Shown here in pieces: positions 1-10,723 of a stretch of DNA of 64,000 bases. Positions within the stretch are counted from its first letter, which is position 1. Every line of letters starts with the position of its first letter. The stretch covers positions 21,948,001 through 22,012,000 of the forward strand of contig NC_073387.1 in assembly GCF_028641065.1 (NCBI RefSeq). Direction: 5' to 3'. The translations under genes and the position numbers were made by a program. The stretch is from Leucoraja erinacea. Lineage: Eukaryota. Below the pieces are notes generated by a model. The model ran no database searches. It saw only the letters and a program-made list of their open reading frames with translations, and had not been told where the DNA came from.

Positions 1-1841
1 CCGGGTGCGGTAGATTTCATCATCTGATAAAAGAGCCGTGCGTTCTGACCAGAATCGGCATCAGTTGCCATTATCTTGGTGACCAAGTACCCTTGACCCG
101 CTGTCTGGGGCACGACCTCCACTGTTGCTGAGCCAATTTGTTCTGAAGGTGAAACAATTACCGGCGCGTTGTCATTTTGATCCAGGATGATCACATTCAC
201 CGTGGCGCTGCTGCTCAACGGAGGCACCCCGGCGTCACGGGCTTGAACATGGATTTGGAAGTTCTTGAGTTCCTCATAGTCAAAGGAACGCAGCGCGTAA
301 ATAGTACCGTTCATTGTGTTAATAGTGAGGTAAGTGGACACTGGCAAGTTTTGGATATGATTATCGAGAAAGGAGTAGGAAACATGGGAATTTAGATCCA
401 GATCAGGATCCATTGCAGTTACTGTGGAAACGGACGCACCCGCCGCGTTATTTTCCATTACATATACGTTGTAGGATGTCTCACTGAACTGTGGTGCGTT
501 ATCATTAATGTCCGAAATTGAAATCTCGATGGTTTTATTTGTTGATAGTGACGGTGAACCCAAGTCCCAGGCTGAAACAAGAATGTCATACTCAGAGATG
601 GCTTCACGATCCAACGTTTCACTGGTAGTTAGTTTATAGTGGTTCGATGTCCTTTGCAGTCGAAATGGGACGTTCTTTTGTATCTCGCAACGCACTTGAC
701 CGTTCGCTCCTGAATCACGATCCATCACATTAATCAGGGATATGAAACTTCCTGGTGGCGCATTTTCCTGGATTTTGTTGGAAGCTGAAGTTACCTTTAT
801 CTCAGGTGCATTGTCGTTCACATCAGTGACTTCGATCAGTACATTGGAGTGTCCTGTCATTGCAGGGGAACCGTGGTCCTGGGCTTGAATATCGAGAGAA
901 TAGCTGTTAACGTCTTCAAAATCTAGTGGCTGTTGGACTCGAATCTCCCCGGTGCCTGGTTCCAAACTGAATACATTTTGCGCTCTTCGCAAAGCAACAT
1001 CACTAAAACGATATGTCAGGACCGCATTCAGTCCTTCGTCCAAATCAATTGCTTTGACTTTCAGCACCAACGTACCCCGCGGCGCGTTCTCACTTACGCT
1101 ACCTCTGTAAATATCATGGTCGAACACAGGTGGATTATCATTGTTATCGAATACAGTAATGAGAATCTGAGCTGTGCCCGATCTCTGAGGGGTCCCGCCG
1201 TCAGTCGCTGTAAGCAAGAGTTGAAATGATGATTGTAGTTCTCGGTCCAAAGATTTCTCCAAGAGCAATTCGACAATTATAATGCCGCTCTCGGTTTTCT
1301 GTGTTCTTAGGCTAAAGTGATCACTCGAACCGATTGTGTAGGCGGCCACGGTATTTGTACCAATGTCGGGATCATCCGCGCTCTCGACTCGGAAACGTGC
1401 ACCAGCAGATGCACTCGCTTCTGACATCTGCAAAGCAATGCTCCTCTGCGGGAAAGTGGGGGAATTGTCATTTACGTCAAGAATCTCCAATTCCCCTTCA
1501 TACACCTCCAAAGGGTTTTCCAGTATTATTTCGAAACGTATAGTACATTGATCATTCTGTCCACAAATACGTTCCCGGTCGATTCTTTCACGAATACTCA
1601 TGATTCCATTGTCCAAACTAACCTTCATGTATCGCCCTCCGCCATCGGAACTCAGTCGGAATTTGCGAGCTGATAATTGATGTACACTCAGGCTCAAATC
1701 CACAGCGATATTCCCAACAAATGCCTCTTCCTCCATTTCCTCGGGAATAGAATAGCGAATTTGCCCGGAGATCAGACCCGGTCGACATATCGCAAATATG
1801 CAAGCAAACACAGTGAAGGCAAACCTCGGTAGATACGCCAT
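1..1841 (-). CDS. Clustered protocadherin (gamma-C5-like) exon, unit 1, partial (runs off left edge within EC6)
   Basis: ATG at 1841 in GGAACAATGGCG context (MAYLPRFAFTVF...). Colinear with the ORFs at 44368-46752 and 34172-36553, with one in-frame 3-nt insertion near 1405. Absent from the ORF track, presumably because its stop lies outside the window. Confidence 0.85.
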   Translation of the reverse strand, partial: MAYLPRFAFTVFACIFAICRPGLISGQIRYSIPEEMEEEAFVGNIAVDLSLSVHQLSARKFRLSSDGGGRYMKVSLDNGIMSIRERIDRERICGQNDQCTIRFEIILENPLEVYEGELEILDVNDNSPTFPQRSIALQMSEASASAGARFRVESADDPDIGTNTVAAYTIGSSDHFSLRTQKTESGIIIVELLLEKSLDRELQSSFQLLLTATDGGTPQRSGTAQILITVFDNNDNPPVFDHDIYRGSVSENAPRGTLVLKVKAIDLDEGLNAVLTYRFSDVALRRAQNVFSLEPGTGEIRVQQPLDFEDVNSYSLDIQAQDHGSPAMTGHSNVLIEVTDVNDNAPEIKVTSASNKIQENAPPGSFISLINVMDRDSGANGQVRCEIQKNVPFRLQRTSNHYKLTTSETLDREAISEYDILVSAWDLGSPSLSTNKTIEISISDINDNAPQFSETSYNVYVMENNAAGASVSTVTAMDPDLDLNSHVSYSFLDNHIQNLPVSTYLTINTMNGTIYALRSFDYEELKNFQIHVQARDAGVPPLSSSATVNVIILDQNDNAPVIVSPSEQIGSATVEVVPQTAGQGYLVTKIMATDADSGQNARLFYQMMKSTAP

Positions 1842-2084
1842 TGTTCCGCGCCCCGTCAAAGTCCAAGACCAGGCCTCTCCTCGGTTAATCCGTGCAAATG
1901 TTCCACGCACCAGATACAAAATCTTATATATTTCCAATCTCCAATCTAAACAGACGGGAAATGTATCCTCCTCAGCTTGTTTCGGCAATCGAAACGCAGG
2001 CACAGCTCCTCTCTGTCGCCGGGTCTGGCGTTTTTATTCTGGAGATGTGGGAGGGGCAATGGATCCATCTGTGTACTTGAGCTT

Positions 2085-2108
2085 CTCATTGGTAGACAGC
2101 GACACGAC
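2085..2108 (-). promoter_or_regulatory. Protocadherin promoter conserved sequence element (CGCT box, putative CTCF site) with CCAAT
   Basis: Minus strand GTCGTGTCGCTGTCTACCAATGAG, about 257 bp upstream of ATG 1841. The same motif precedes all eight exons that retain a 5' end. Confidence 0.85.
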
Positions 2109-2570
2109 CAGTTCTTTTCAACAACTGCAGCTACAATTCTTAAAGCTGTACCGCTCTCCTGCACATTTAATTGTGTGCAACCATAAAATGCCCTAAATAA
2201 ATAAACGTTTGAAGAAGGAGCTTTGTTTTACGTTTAACTTCGAATATCACATCAGGCACATCCGGGTAGGGTTATCACTAAAACATTCTGTCCGTCTGTT
2301 AGAATGCACAGCGATATTCCCAACAAATGTTCCTTGCTTCATAAATAGATTATCGGATATATCGTCTTTGTTTACAGTTGTTAGAACTCTTATAATCGCT
2401 CATCCGGGTAGTAAGAAAATAGCGGAGAAGGTGTTCGTGAACACAATGCTTTCGATTGGCCAATTGTTGAACCAAATACCTCTTTAAAGGGAACGATTGT
2501 TGGTGAAATGCATCGTCACGTCCAATGAAGCCGGATTTATTGACACATGCATGCATAAACATTGTGAGGT

Positions 2571-2724
2571 GTAAGGATGAACAGCAGATGCCGGTTTAAT
2601 CCGAAGACAGACACAAACAGCTGGAGAAACTCAGCGGGACAGCCAACATCTCTAGAGAGAAGGGATGTATGACGTTTCTGGTCGAGACTCTTCTCCAGTC
2701 TCGACCCAACACGTCACCCATGGT
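2571..2724. mobile_element. Short Penelope-like/SINE-like repeat insertion
   Basis: Flanked by ATTGTGAGGT (2561-2570) and ATTGTAAGGT (2725-2734). Homologous to the terminal part of the 20583-21192 element and has an internal GTCGAGAC...GTCTCGAC hairpin. Confidence 0.6.
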
Positions 2725-3737
2725 ATTGTAAGGTAATGGTAAAATGTAAATCTTCCCTGCATCAGTTTCACAAGCACATAACCTAGCAAACCCGACAGAT
2801 ATTGTGGGAAGCATGGAAAATGGTTATCGTTATGTGTATCACCGCAGGATATTTGGTATTTTTTACATTCTTATTTCATTTCTGCTGCTGGAGTTTGCAG
2901 TGGACGATCAACATCGTGCATGATCCGAGCAACGTTTGAGAGGGACAAGTTCTTAATGTCGTGGAAAGAATCTTAATCAAAAGGGATGCTTTGGTCATGT
3001 TCACCACTCATTGAACATTTTCTGAAGATTTCTGATAACACAACAGACTAATTGGGTGTCGGTTGTACGTCTTTCTTCAGTTAGCTCTGGGTTTCACATT
3101 ATATATTCCATAACCACACAAAATCTTTTCATTGACTGAACCATGCGAAACTAGCAAAAATCAAATTGTAATAAAATCAATATCAACCGAGTAATTGTAA
3201 TAAAACTTGCAAACATTCCGAATCAACACGAAAAACTTGAGGTGACAACAAGAATGGAAATAATCATTTTTTCTGTAGGAGTGACGATGCGGAACTAAAG
3301 GAGAGAAAATAGGAATCCCTCTCAAAGGCCCCCACCAAATACATATATAAACTCGTCGGAGCAGATGTTAGGACATAAAATGTTTCACTGCTTTTGTGGT
3401 GCATGATTAATAACAAGGGGAATTGATATGCTCATGGTAATAAAAGGACAGGGAATTGGGGTAAACTAGATTTGGTCTTTAAACATGGGAGCATTAATAG
3501 ACATGGCTTCAAAGAAGGCAATGGACATGGTCGGCTTCATTGGCAGCTGTACTTGATGAAAGAGCTGAGAAGTGTTACAGATGCACAAAGCATAGATTTG
3601 GCTGGATTTGAATTATCGTTTGCAGAGCAAGTCATCATCTTACAGAAATAGTTTGGTTACGCCTGAGAGGGAGCAGGCCAGACACACAAGAACATTGCCA
3701 GGTTATGCGGGTTTACGTTATCGAGGGAAAAACTAGA

Positions 3738-4220
3738 AGATCAGAGTATTGCGCGTTGTTTAAATTTTACCGGAATTTTGCCCAACGTTTAAAAAAAACT
3801 GAGATCGATAGATTTCACCTTCTGATAAAAAAAAGATCCGAAATTTCTGACCAGAATCGGCATCTATGCGATTATTTTGGTGATCAGGTACCCCTGAACC
3901 CGCTGACTGGGTTACGGCCTCCAGTGCTGCTGATCCACCCTGGTCCGAGGGTGAAACTATTCCAGGCGCGTTGTCATTTTGTCCAGAATGTTTCATTCAC
4001 CGTGGCGCTGTTGGTCGGAGGAGGCACTACAGCGTCACGGGCTTGCACATGGATCCGGGAGTTCTTGAGGTGCTCATAGTCAGATGAGCGCTGCGCGTAT
4101 ATGGTGCTGTTATTTGCGTTAATGTTGAGGAAAGCGGGAACTGGCAAGTTTTTGGATGTCCACAAGGAAGTAGAAAGATAGGGATTTTCCGGGTTTTTTC
4201 TAGACGGCTGGGGTCAAGTG
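3738..4220 (-). pseudogene. Degenerate protocadherin EC5-EC6 fragment
   Basis: Broken-frame remnants IHVQARDAVVPP..SATVN, QNDNAP..VSPS and DADSGQ with several frameshifts. Confidence 0.8.
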
Positions 4221-4237
4221 ATGGGAACAAGTAACTG

Positions 4238-4972
4238 CATAGAAACATAGAAACATAGAAAATAGGTGCAGGACGAGGCCATTCGGCCCTTGGAGTCAGC
4301 ATCGCCATTCATTGTGATCATCGCTGATCGTCCCCTATCAAAAGCCCGTGCCTGCCTTCTCCCCATATCCCTTGACTCCACTAGCCCCTGGAGCTCTATC
4401 TAACTCTCTCTTAAATCCATCCAGTGATTTGGCCTCCACTGCCCTCTGTGGTAGGGAATTCCATAAATTCACAACTCTCTGGGTGAAAATGTTTTTTCTC
4501 ACCTCAGTCTTAAATGACCTCCACTTTATTTTAAGACTATGGCCCCTAGTTCTGGACTCGCCCAACATTGGGAACATTTTTCCTGCATCTAGCTTTCCCA
4601 GTCCTTTTATAATTGTATATGTTTCTATAAGGTTCCCCCTCATCCTTCTAAACTCCAGTGAATACAAGCCTAGTCTTTTCAATCTTTCCTCATATGAAAG
4701 TCCCGCCATTCCAGGGATCAATCTCGTGAACCCACGTTGCACTGCCTCAATCACAAGGATGTCCTTCCTCAAATTAGGAGACCAAAACTGTACACACTAC
4801 TCCAGATGTGGTCTCACCAGAGCCCTATACAACTGCAGAAGAACCTATTTACTTCTATACTGAAATACTCTTGTTATGGAGGCCAACATCCCATTAGGTT
4901 TCTTCATTGCCTGCTGTACCTGTAAGCCAACTTTCAGTGACCTGTGTACAAGGACGCCCAGGTTTCGCTGCA
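4238..4972 (-). mobile_element. CR1-clade LINE 3' fragment
   Basis: ORF 4338-4772 encodes the RT C-terminus (VQRGFTRLIPGM..LSYEERL..LGLYSLE..TRGHSLK..FTQRVVNLWNSLP). A GAAACATA tandem tail lies at about 4240-4260. Confidence 0.9.
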
Positions 4973-6769
4973 CCCCCCCCCCCCCCCCCCCCCCCTACCT
5001 AACCTAACTGCAGTAGTTGGAATCTAGAACTAAACACAAAGTGCTAGAGGATGCTAGCTGACCGCCTGAATTCCATTATCACTTTGTGCTCTGCTGCAGT
5101 CTAATATTGTTCCCATACCAACAAATTAAGCAAGGGAGACCTTGTTTAAGTAGATATTCTTTATCATTTTTGTGTTAATTTTAGGAGATTAAAGCGAGTT
5201 AGTGATTTTTTTAACGCTTTCAATGTCACCAGCTGATTAAGCGATTTTGCCTTTCAAATAAAGAGTTCGCGGATAAGAGAATCGAGAACTCGAAATCAAG
5301 AAGTTATTATCAGGTGCGTTTCCTACCGGCACTGAAAATTTAGAAAACTTGTATATTTGGATTGCTTCTGTCAGATGTGTCTGCATTACTGCGCGCATTA
5401 TAATCCAGGAAATCAGACCGATATTATGGGAAGCAACGAATTTCGGTATCGGTGCGTGCTGGAACGCGGAAGAGTTGGTGAATTTCTGAAGTCCTCTTTA
5501 ATTTGTGAATCGCTGTTTCATTGTGCTTTCCTTCCACACATTCACTTCGTGCAATCACCACATAAGGGACTCAATGACGCATTGATCCATGGAGCTTTCT
5601 TTATTAATCATTCTTTATCCTTCGAGAAAAAATATTTCTAGTTACCAAACCTGTCGCCTAAATTTAAGCTTTACAATAAACGCCATTCGTAATTTCGTAG
5701 CTGGGATTGTACATGTCATTATCGACAGAAACATTAGAATTGATATCCCAGGAAGGGAGCGATTAATGTCAAAATAAATCAGTTGCAAATCGAAACGCAG
5801 CAAGATTTTATCCTTTGGCATAAAATTGAAGGCCTTCAATGCGTTAGGCCAGACGCGAGCTGCTTCCGTTATTCTACTATTTTAATTCCCGCAATAATAC
5901 TGATGCGCCTAGCTCATTTTACGCACTTCTCCCTTGATGCTGTTTCACAGCTCTTTCCTGCTATATCTTATTTGTGCTTTACTCCATCGTCTCTTGTACT
6001 ATATCGTCGACAAGACTGCCTGGTCTACGTCTGATCTGTTAAAATATCCGCACATTCATTCTACGGAAGATTATAGTGGTGAAGTGGGCAAGATTTTTAC
6101 ATCCTGGCAGATAGCAGGTTAATCGTAAAGCACCCATTCGTCAGGAACTCCACTGAATGAAAATTTACGGTGGATTTCCGAAGCCACAGTGGTCAAATAC
6201 TGATTGGATGCCAATTTTCTTGCTACTTTGAATTTGGGATTTTTTATTTCCTATCTGCAGATATGGTTATTAATGATTGCGTCACGCGAACCTAGCAAAT
6301 ATCAAATTCTAAGACAAGGAATATTGATTGTAACAATACGTGCCAAATCAGTACAAGTAAACATGAACAATTAGGAAATAATATAAGGAATAAAATCAAA
6401 GCAAAGTGTGATTCGGAAATCTTTGTATTAACATAATTCTGGAGATGAGCCAGTTAGCTTTTAAATGCCGAATTATTATGTTTTAATGGTATGTTATATT
6501 ACCAAATGTGGCTTCTTTTTGTTCTTAATAATTTCGGCTGCAGAGCGATATACAATTACGTCAACACATTTGACCCAACTATGAAATCTCATCTCTATAA
6601 AACCACTAACAGACAAGGCCGCAAAACCTCATCTGGCCATTAATTAACTGAGGAAAGGTAAACGATTAACGTAACAGCTTTGGGACGCTTCATCAGAGCT
6701 GGGAAAGTTGAAGGTAAGTTCGTTTAAATCGGTGAGCGGAGGAGAGAAAATATGAATATCTCTCTCAGA

Positions 6770-8351
6770 AAATAGCAGGGGACCGCGGGTCAAAGGAGTT
6801 GGAGGAATTGAGTGAAATCCAGGTTAGCCGGGAAGTGGTGTGAAATCCAGGTTAGCCGGGAAGTGGTGTTGGGTAAATTGAATGGATTAAAGGCCGATAA
6901 ATCCCCAGCGATTAAGATGGGAGGGAGGGAGAGAAAACGGGGAATTACAGACCAGTTAGTCTAACATCGGTAGTGGGGAAACTGCTAGAGTCAGTTATTA
7001 AAGATGGGATAGCAGTACATTTGGAAAGTGGTGAAATCATTGGACAAAGTCAGCATGGATTTACAAAAGGTAAATCATGTCTGACGAATCTTATAGAATT
7101 TTTCGAGGATGTAACTAGTAGCGTGGATAGGGGAGAACCAGTGGATGTGGTGTATCTGGACTTCCAGAAGGCTTTCGACAAGGTCGCACATAAGGGATTA
7201 GTATACAAACTTAAAGCACACGGCATTGGGGGTTCAATATTGATGTGGATAGAGAACTGGCTGGCAAACAGGAAGCAAAGAGTAGGAGTAAACGGGTCCT
7301 TTTTCACAATGGCAGGCAGTGACTAGTGGGGTACCGCAAGGCTCACTGCTGCGACCCCAGCTATTTACAATATATATTAATGATCTGGATGAGGGAGTTG
7401 AAGGCAATATCTCCAAGTTTGCGGATGACACTAAGCTGGGGGGCAGTGTTAGCTGTGAGGAGGATGCTAGGAGACTGCAAGGTGACTTGGATAGGCTGGG
7501 TGAGTGGGCAAATGTTTGGCAGATGCAGTATAATGTGGATAAATGTGAGGTTACCCATTTTGGTGGCAAAAACAGAAAAGCAGACTATTATCTAAATGGT
7601 GGCCGACTAGGAAAAGGGGAGATGCAGCGAGACCTGGGTGTCATGGTACACCAGTTATTGAAAGTAGGCATGCAGGTGCAGCAGGCAGTGAAGAAAGCGA
7701 ATGGTATGTTAGCTTTCATAGCAAAAGGATTTGAGTACAGGAGTATGGAGGTTCTACTGCAGTTGTCCAGGGTCTTGGTGAGACCACACCTGGAGTATTG
7801 CGTACAGTTTTGGTCTCCAAATCTGAGGAAGGACATTATTGCCATAGAGGGAGTGCAGAGACGGTTCACCAGACTGATTCCTGGGATGTCAGGACTGTCT
7901 TATGAAGAAAGACTGGATAGACTTGGTTTATACTCTCTAGAATTTAGGAGATTGAGAGGGGATCTAATAGAAACTTACAACATTCTTAAGGGGTTGGACA
8001 GGCTAGATGCAGGAAGATTGCTCCCGATGTTGGGGAAGTCCAGGACAAAGGGTCACAGCTTAAGGATAAGGGGGAAATCCTTTAAAACTGAGACGAGAAG
8101 AACTTTTTTCACACAGAGAGTGGTGAATCTCTGGAACTCTCTACCACAGAGGGTAGTCGAGGCCAGTTCATTGGCTATATTTAAGAGGGAGTTAGATGTG
8201 GCCCTTGTGGCTAAGGGGATCAGAGGGTATGGAGAGAAGGCAGGTACGGGATACTGAGTTGGATGATCAGCCATGATCATATTGAATGGCGGTGCAGGCT
8301 TGAAGGGCCGAATGGCCTACTCCTGCACCTAACTTTTATGTTTCTATGTTT
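6770..8351 (+). mobile_element. CR1-clade LINE, 5'-truncated RT region, present only in duplication copy A
   Basis: ORFs 6973-7326 and 7319-8257 (QHGF..KSCLTNL, YLDFQKAFDKV, GVPQGS, FADD) with one frameshift. Ends in a TTTCTATG-type tail. The empty site is at about 51285. Confidence 0.92.
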
Positions 8352-8989
8352 GTAAGACCAAATACCTATGTGCAGCGGCGGAGGTAGCAGTGAGGATAGG
8401 TTTATGTTTCATTGGTTCTTAGGTGCATCGCAAAATGTTTCTCATGTCTGAGCCCTGCAGGATAGACCACATCCAGTGCACGGAAATGACTTTGAGTTTG
8501 AAGGTCAGAGAGATATTTTGGCTACAGGAAAGCAGTTCTTTGAAAACGGGATCACAGGGAAACAACGTGGTAAAGAAGTCATATGACATGATTGCATTCA
8601 TTAACTTATGGACTGAGTAAAAGTAATGAGATTTATTACCGTTGAACAAAAGATTACTTCGGCCACATTTGAAGTATTGTGCACAGTTCTGGTCAACACG
8701 ACATAGGAAGCATGTGATGAAGCCAGGGAGGGAGCAGGAACAATTCCATGGAATATGGTCACAAATGGAGGACGGAAAGCAAACGAGCGCAACGTTATCC
8801 TAACATTTAAACCGACTGCAACGTTCACTCGTTTTGGCCTCATAGCATCAGAGGTTCAGTTCTTTCAGAGCTAACTCGTTTTCTCGTCTACCGGTACTTA
8901 TGAATGGACCCGCATCGGAAACGAAACTATTGTGTTTCCACATGTGCTGCCCGAGATGCCGAGTGTCTCCAGGAATTCAGCAATCGGTG

Positions 8990-9670
8990 GTCAAAGGGAC
9001 TTGGGAGCACCAACACTAAAATATTCCCTAAAGGTTAATTTGCAAGTTGAATTGGTAGTAAGGAAGGTGAATGCGATGCTTGCATTTATTGAGAGGTCTA
9101 GAATACAAAGATAGGGATGTAATGCTGTGGCTTTATAATGCACTGGTCAGACCGTATTTGGAATAATGTGTGCAATTGCTGGCCCCATATCCGAGGAAGG
9201 ACGTGATGGCGTTCGCGATGATAGGGACGAGGTTTACGAGAATGATCCAAAAATGATTGGGTTAACATACGATGAGCGTTTGGCGGCACTGGGCTGGTAC
9301 TCACTAGAGTTTAGAAAGGCGAGAGGGAAATTTGCCGAATAGTGAAAGGCCTGGATAGAGTGGTTACTTCCACTAGTGAGAGAGGCAAGTACCAGAGGCC
9401 ATAGCCTCAGAATAAATGGAGATACGGAGGAATTCCTTTAGTCAGAGCGTTCATTGTGGAATTCTTCCTCTTTCGTGTGGCGTGCACAGCCTAAAGTTGT
9501 TGGACAACTTGTTCTATTTGATCTTCGGTTTGTGCACGCCGAGTTGATTGCATTAGTCGAAACAGGGCGGACCACGTGAAGGTTGCAATCTACCACCCCA
9601 TTGTGGAAATTATTGCCGCAGACGGCAGTGGAGGCCAAATCAATGGATATTCTTATGGTGGAGATTGATA
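8990..9670 (+). mobile_element. Old degenerate CR1 LINE fragment
   Basis: Recognisable remnants (LKVNLQVELVVRKVNAMLAFI; gcactggtcagaccgtatttgga; ggccatagcctcagaataaa) with many lesions. Also present at about 53810-54600. Confidence 0.7.
9462..9598 (-). mobile_element. Short retroelement 3' end inserted into the old CR1, with target-site duplication
   Basis: Flanked by direct repeat CATTGTGGAA (9452-9461, 9599-9608). Has a purine-rich (GAA)-like tail on the minus strand. Confidence 0.7.
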
Positions 9671-10555
9671 AGATTCAAACTGAAATACCAGCATCCCATA
9701 TTCCGATTTCATAGCTGCAAGCCAACGGAATAGACATCCCATTTTCCATTTATATGTTAACCCAAATCCACCCTCACTACTGTTGATCTGCATGGCCTCC
9801 AACGCACATCACCTTTTCCACTCTCCACCTATCAGTCACAGTTCCTTTCTGATCCCCCGTCTCATCCTTCTGCTCCTCATCCTCCCCTACACCCTTTGGG
9901 ATCCTTCACTCCCATCCTCTCAATTGTTCCTTCCCACCCACTATCCCTTCCTCTCGTTCTGCATTTCATTCCTAAATGTCCTTTCTTATTAGATTCCACC
10001 ACCTGATTCCTTTTTCCACCTCATTCTAGTCTAAGTCGCTATACCCACCCATCGTTCTGCACCTTCCCCATCTGACAATCAACCCTTCCTTACCTGGCAT
10101 CAACTTGCCAACTCTTAGCACGCCACTTCAATGCACCTATTTATTTATACTAGCTACATCTTCTGTACTTCAAGCTTGAGAAATTGCCCCAACCCAATGC
10201 GTGAACCGTCCATATCCTTCCGCAGATGTCTACTGACCCCAGATGCTTTGTCATTTGTTTGCACAAGATTTTAGCATCCACACTCTCGTCTGTTTCACGT
10301 GCATCATATATTGAAATTGTTGTCATCTCCATTAATTATTTAGTTATTTTCTACATTGGATATCAGAACATGATATGGAATATGCACACGACAAATGTTT
10401 TGGTCGTAATTTTTAAATGTTATTACTTTAACCATATGAACGGATTCAAGATCCTGAACGTAATTTATCTAGTCGCAATGAATGTCTATACGTGGTTCAA
10501 TGAAAGGTAAGAGGAATCCCGTCGTAGTTAACAATTCCCACTCAGCCGAGTGTAT

Positions 10556-10561
10556 TTTATT
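10556..10561 (-). terminator. Candidate polyadenylation signal AATAAA for unit 2
   Basis: About 165 nt downstream of the stop, at a conserved position across paralogs. Confidence 0.45.
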
Positions 10562-10723
10562 TGCTAAAAGTTATATTTTACCATTACAACAAATGCACAA
10601 TTTAAATGAAAGCGAAATTGCACAAAATAATATAATCTTAAATATTTAATTCACGAATGAATTCACATTCCTTGAGATTAAATGGCCCCAAATAAGGTGC
10701 GTCTTACTTGAGGTTACACATCG

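Noticed and set aside
748-761. CTCF-like CCTGGTGGCGC inside EC4 (also about 17313 and 45665) as an exonic CTCF site
   Set aside because: Explained by the codons for NAPPG and lost in other paralogs, so it is not supportable without binding data.
177-2196. Recurrent plus-strand and off-frame ORFs overlapping Pcdh exons and promoters (e.g. MIQDDHIH..., MDSNLP..., ...MDPSVYLSFSLVDSDTTSSF...)
   Set aside because: These are shadow frames that recur only because the underlying exon or promoter is duplicated. Their lengths and stops vary between copies.
7319-8257. 312-aa RT ORF as a functional gene or active LINE
   Set aside because: 5'-truncated, frameshifted near 7300, and lacking the endonuclease and ORF1.
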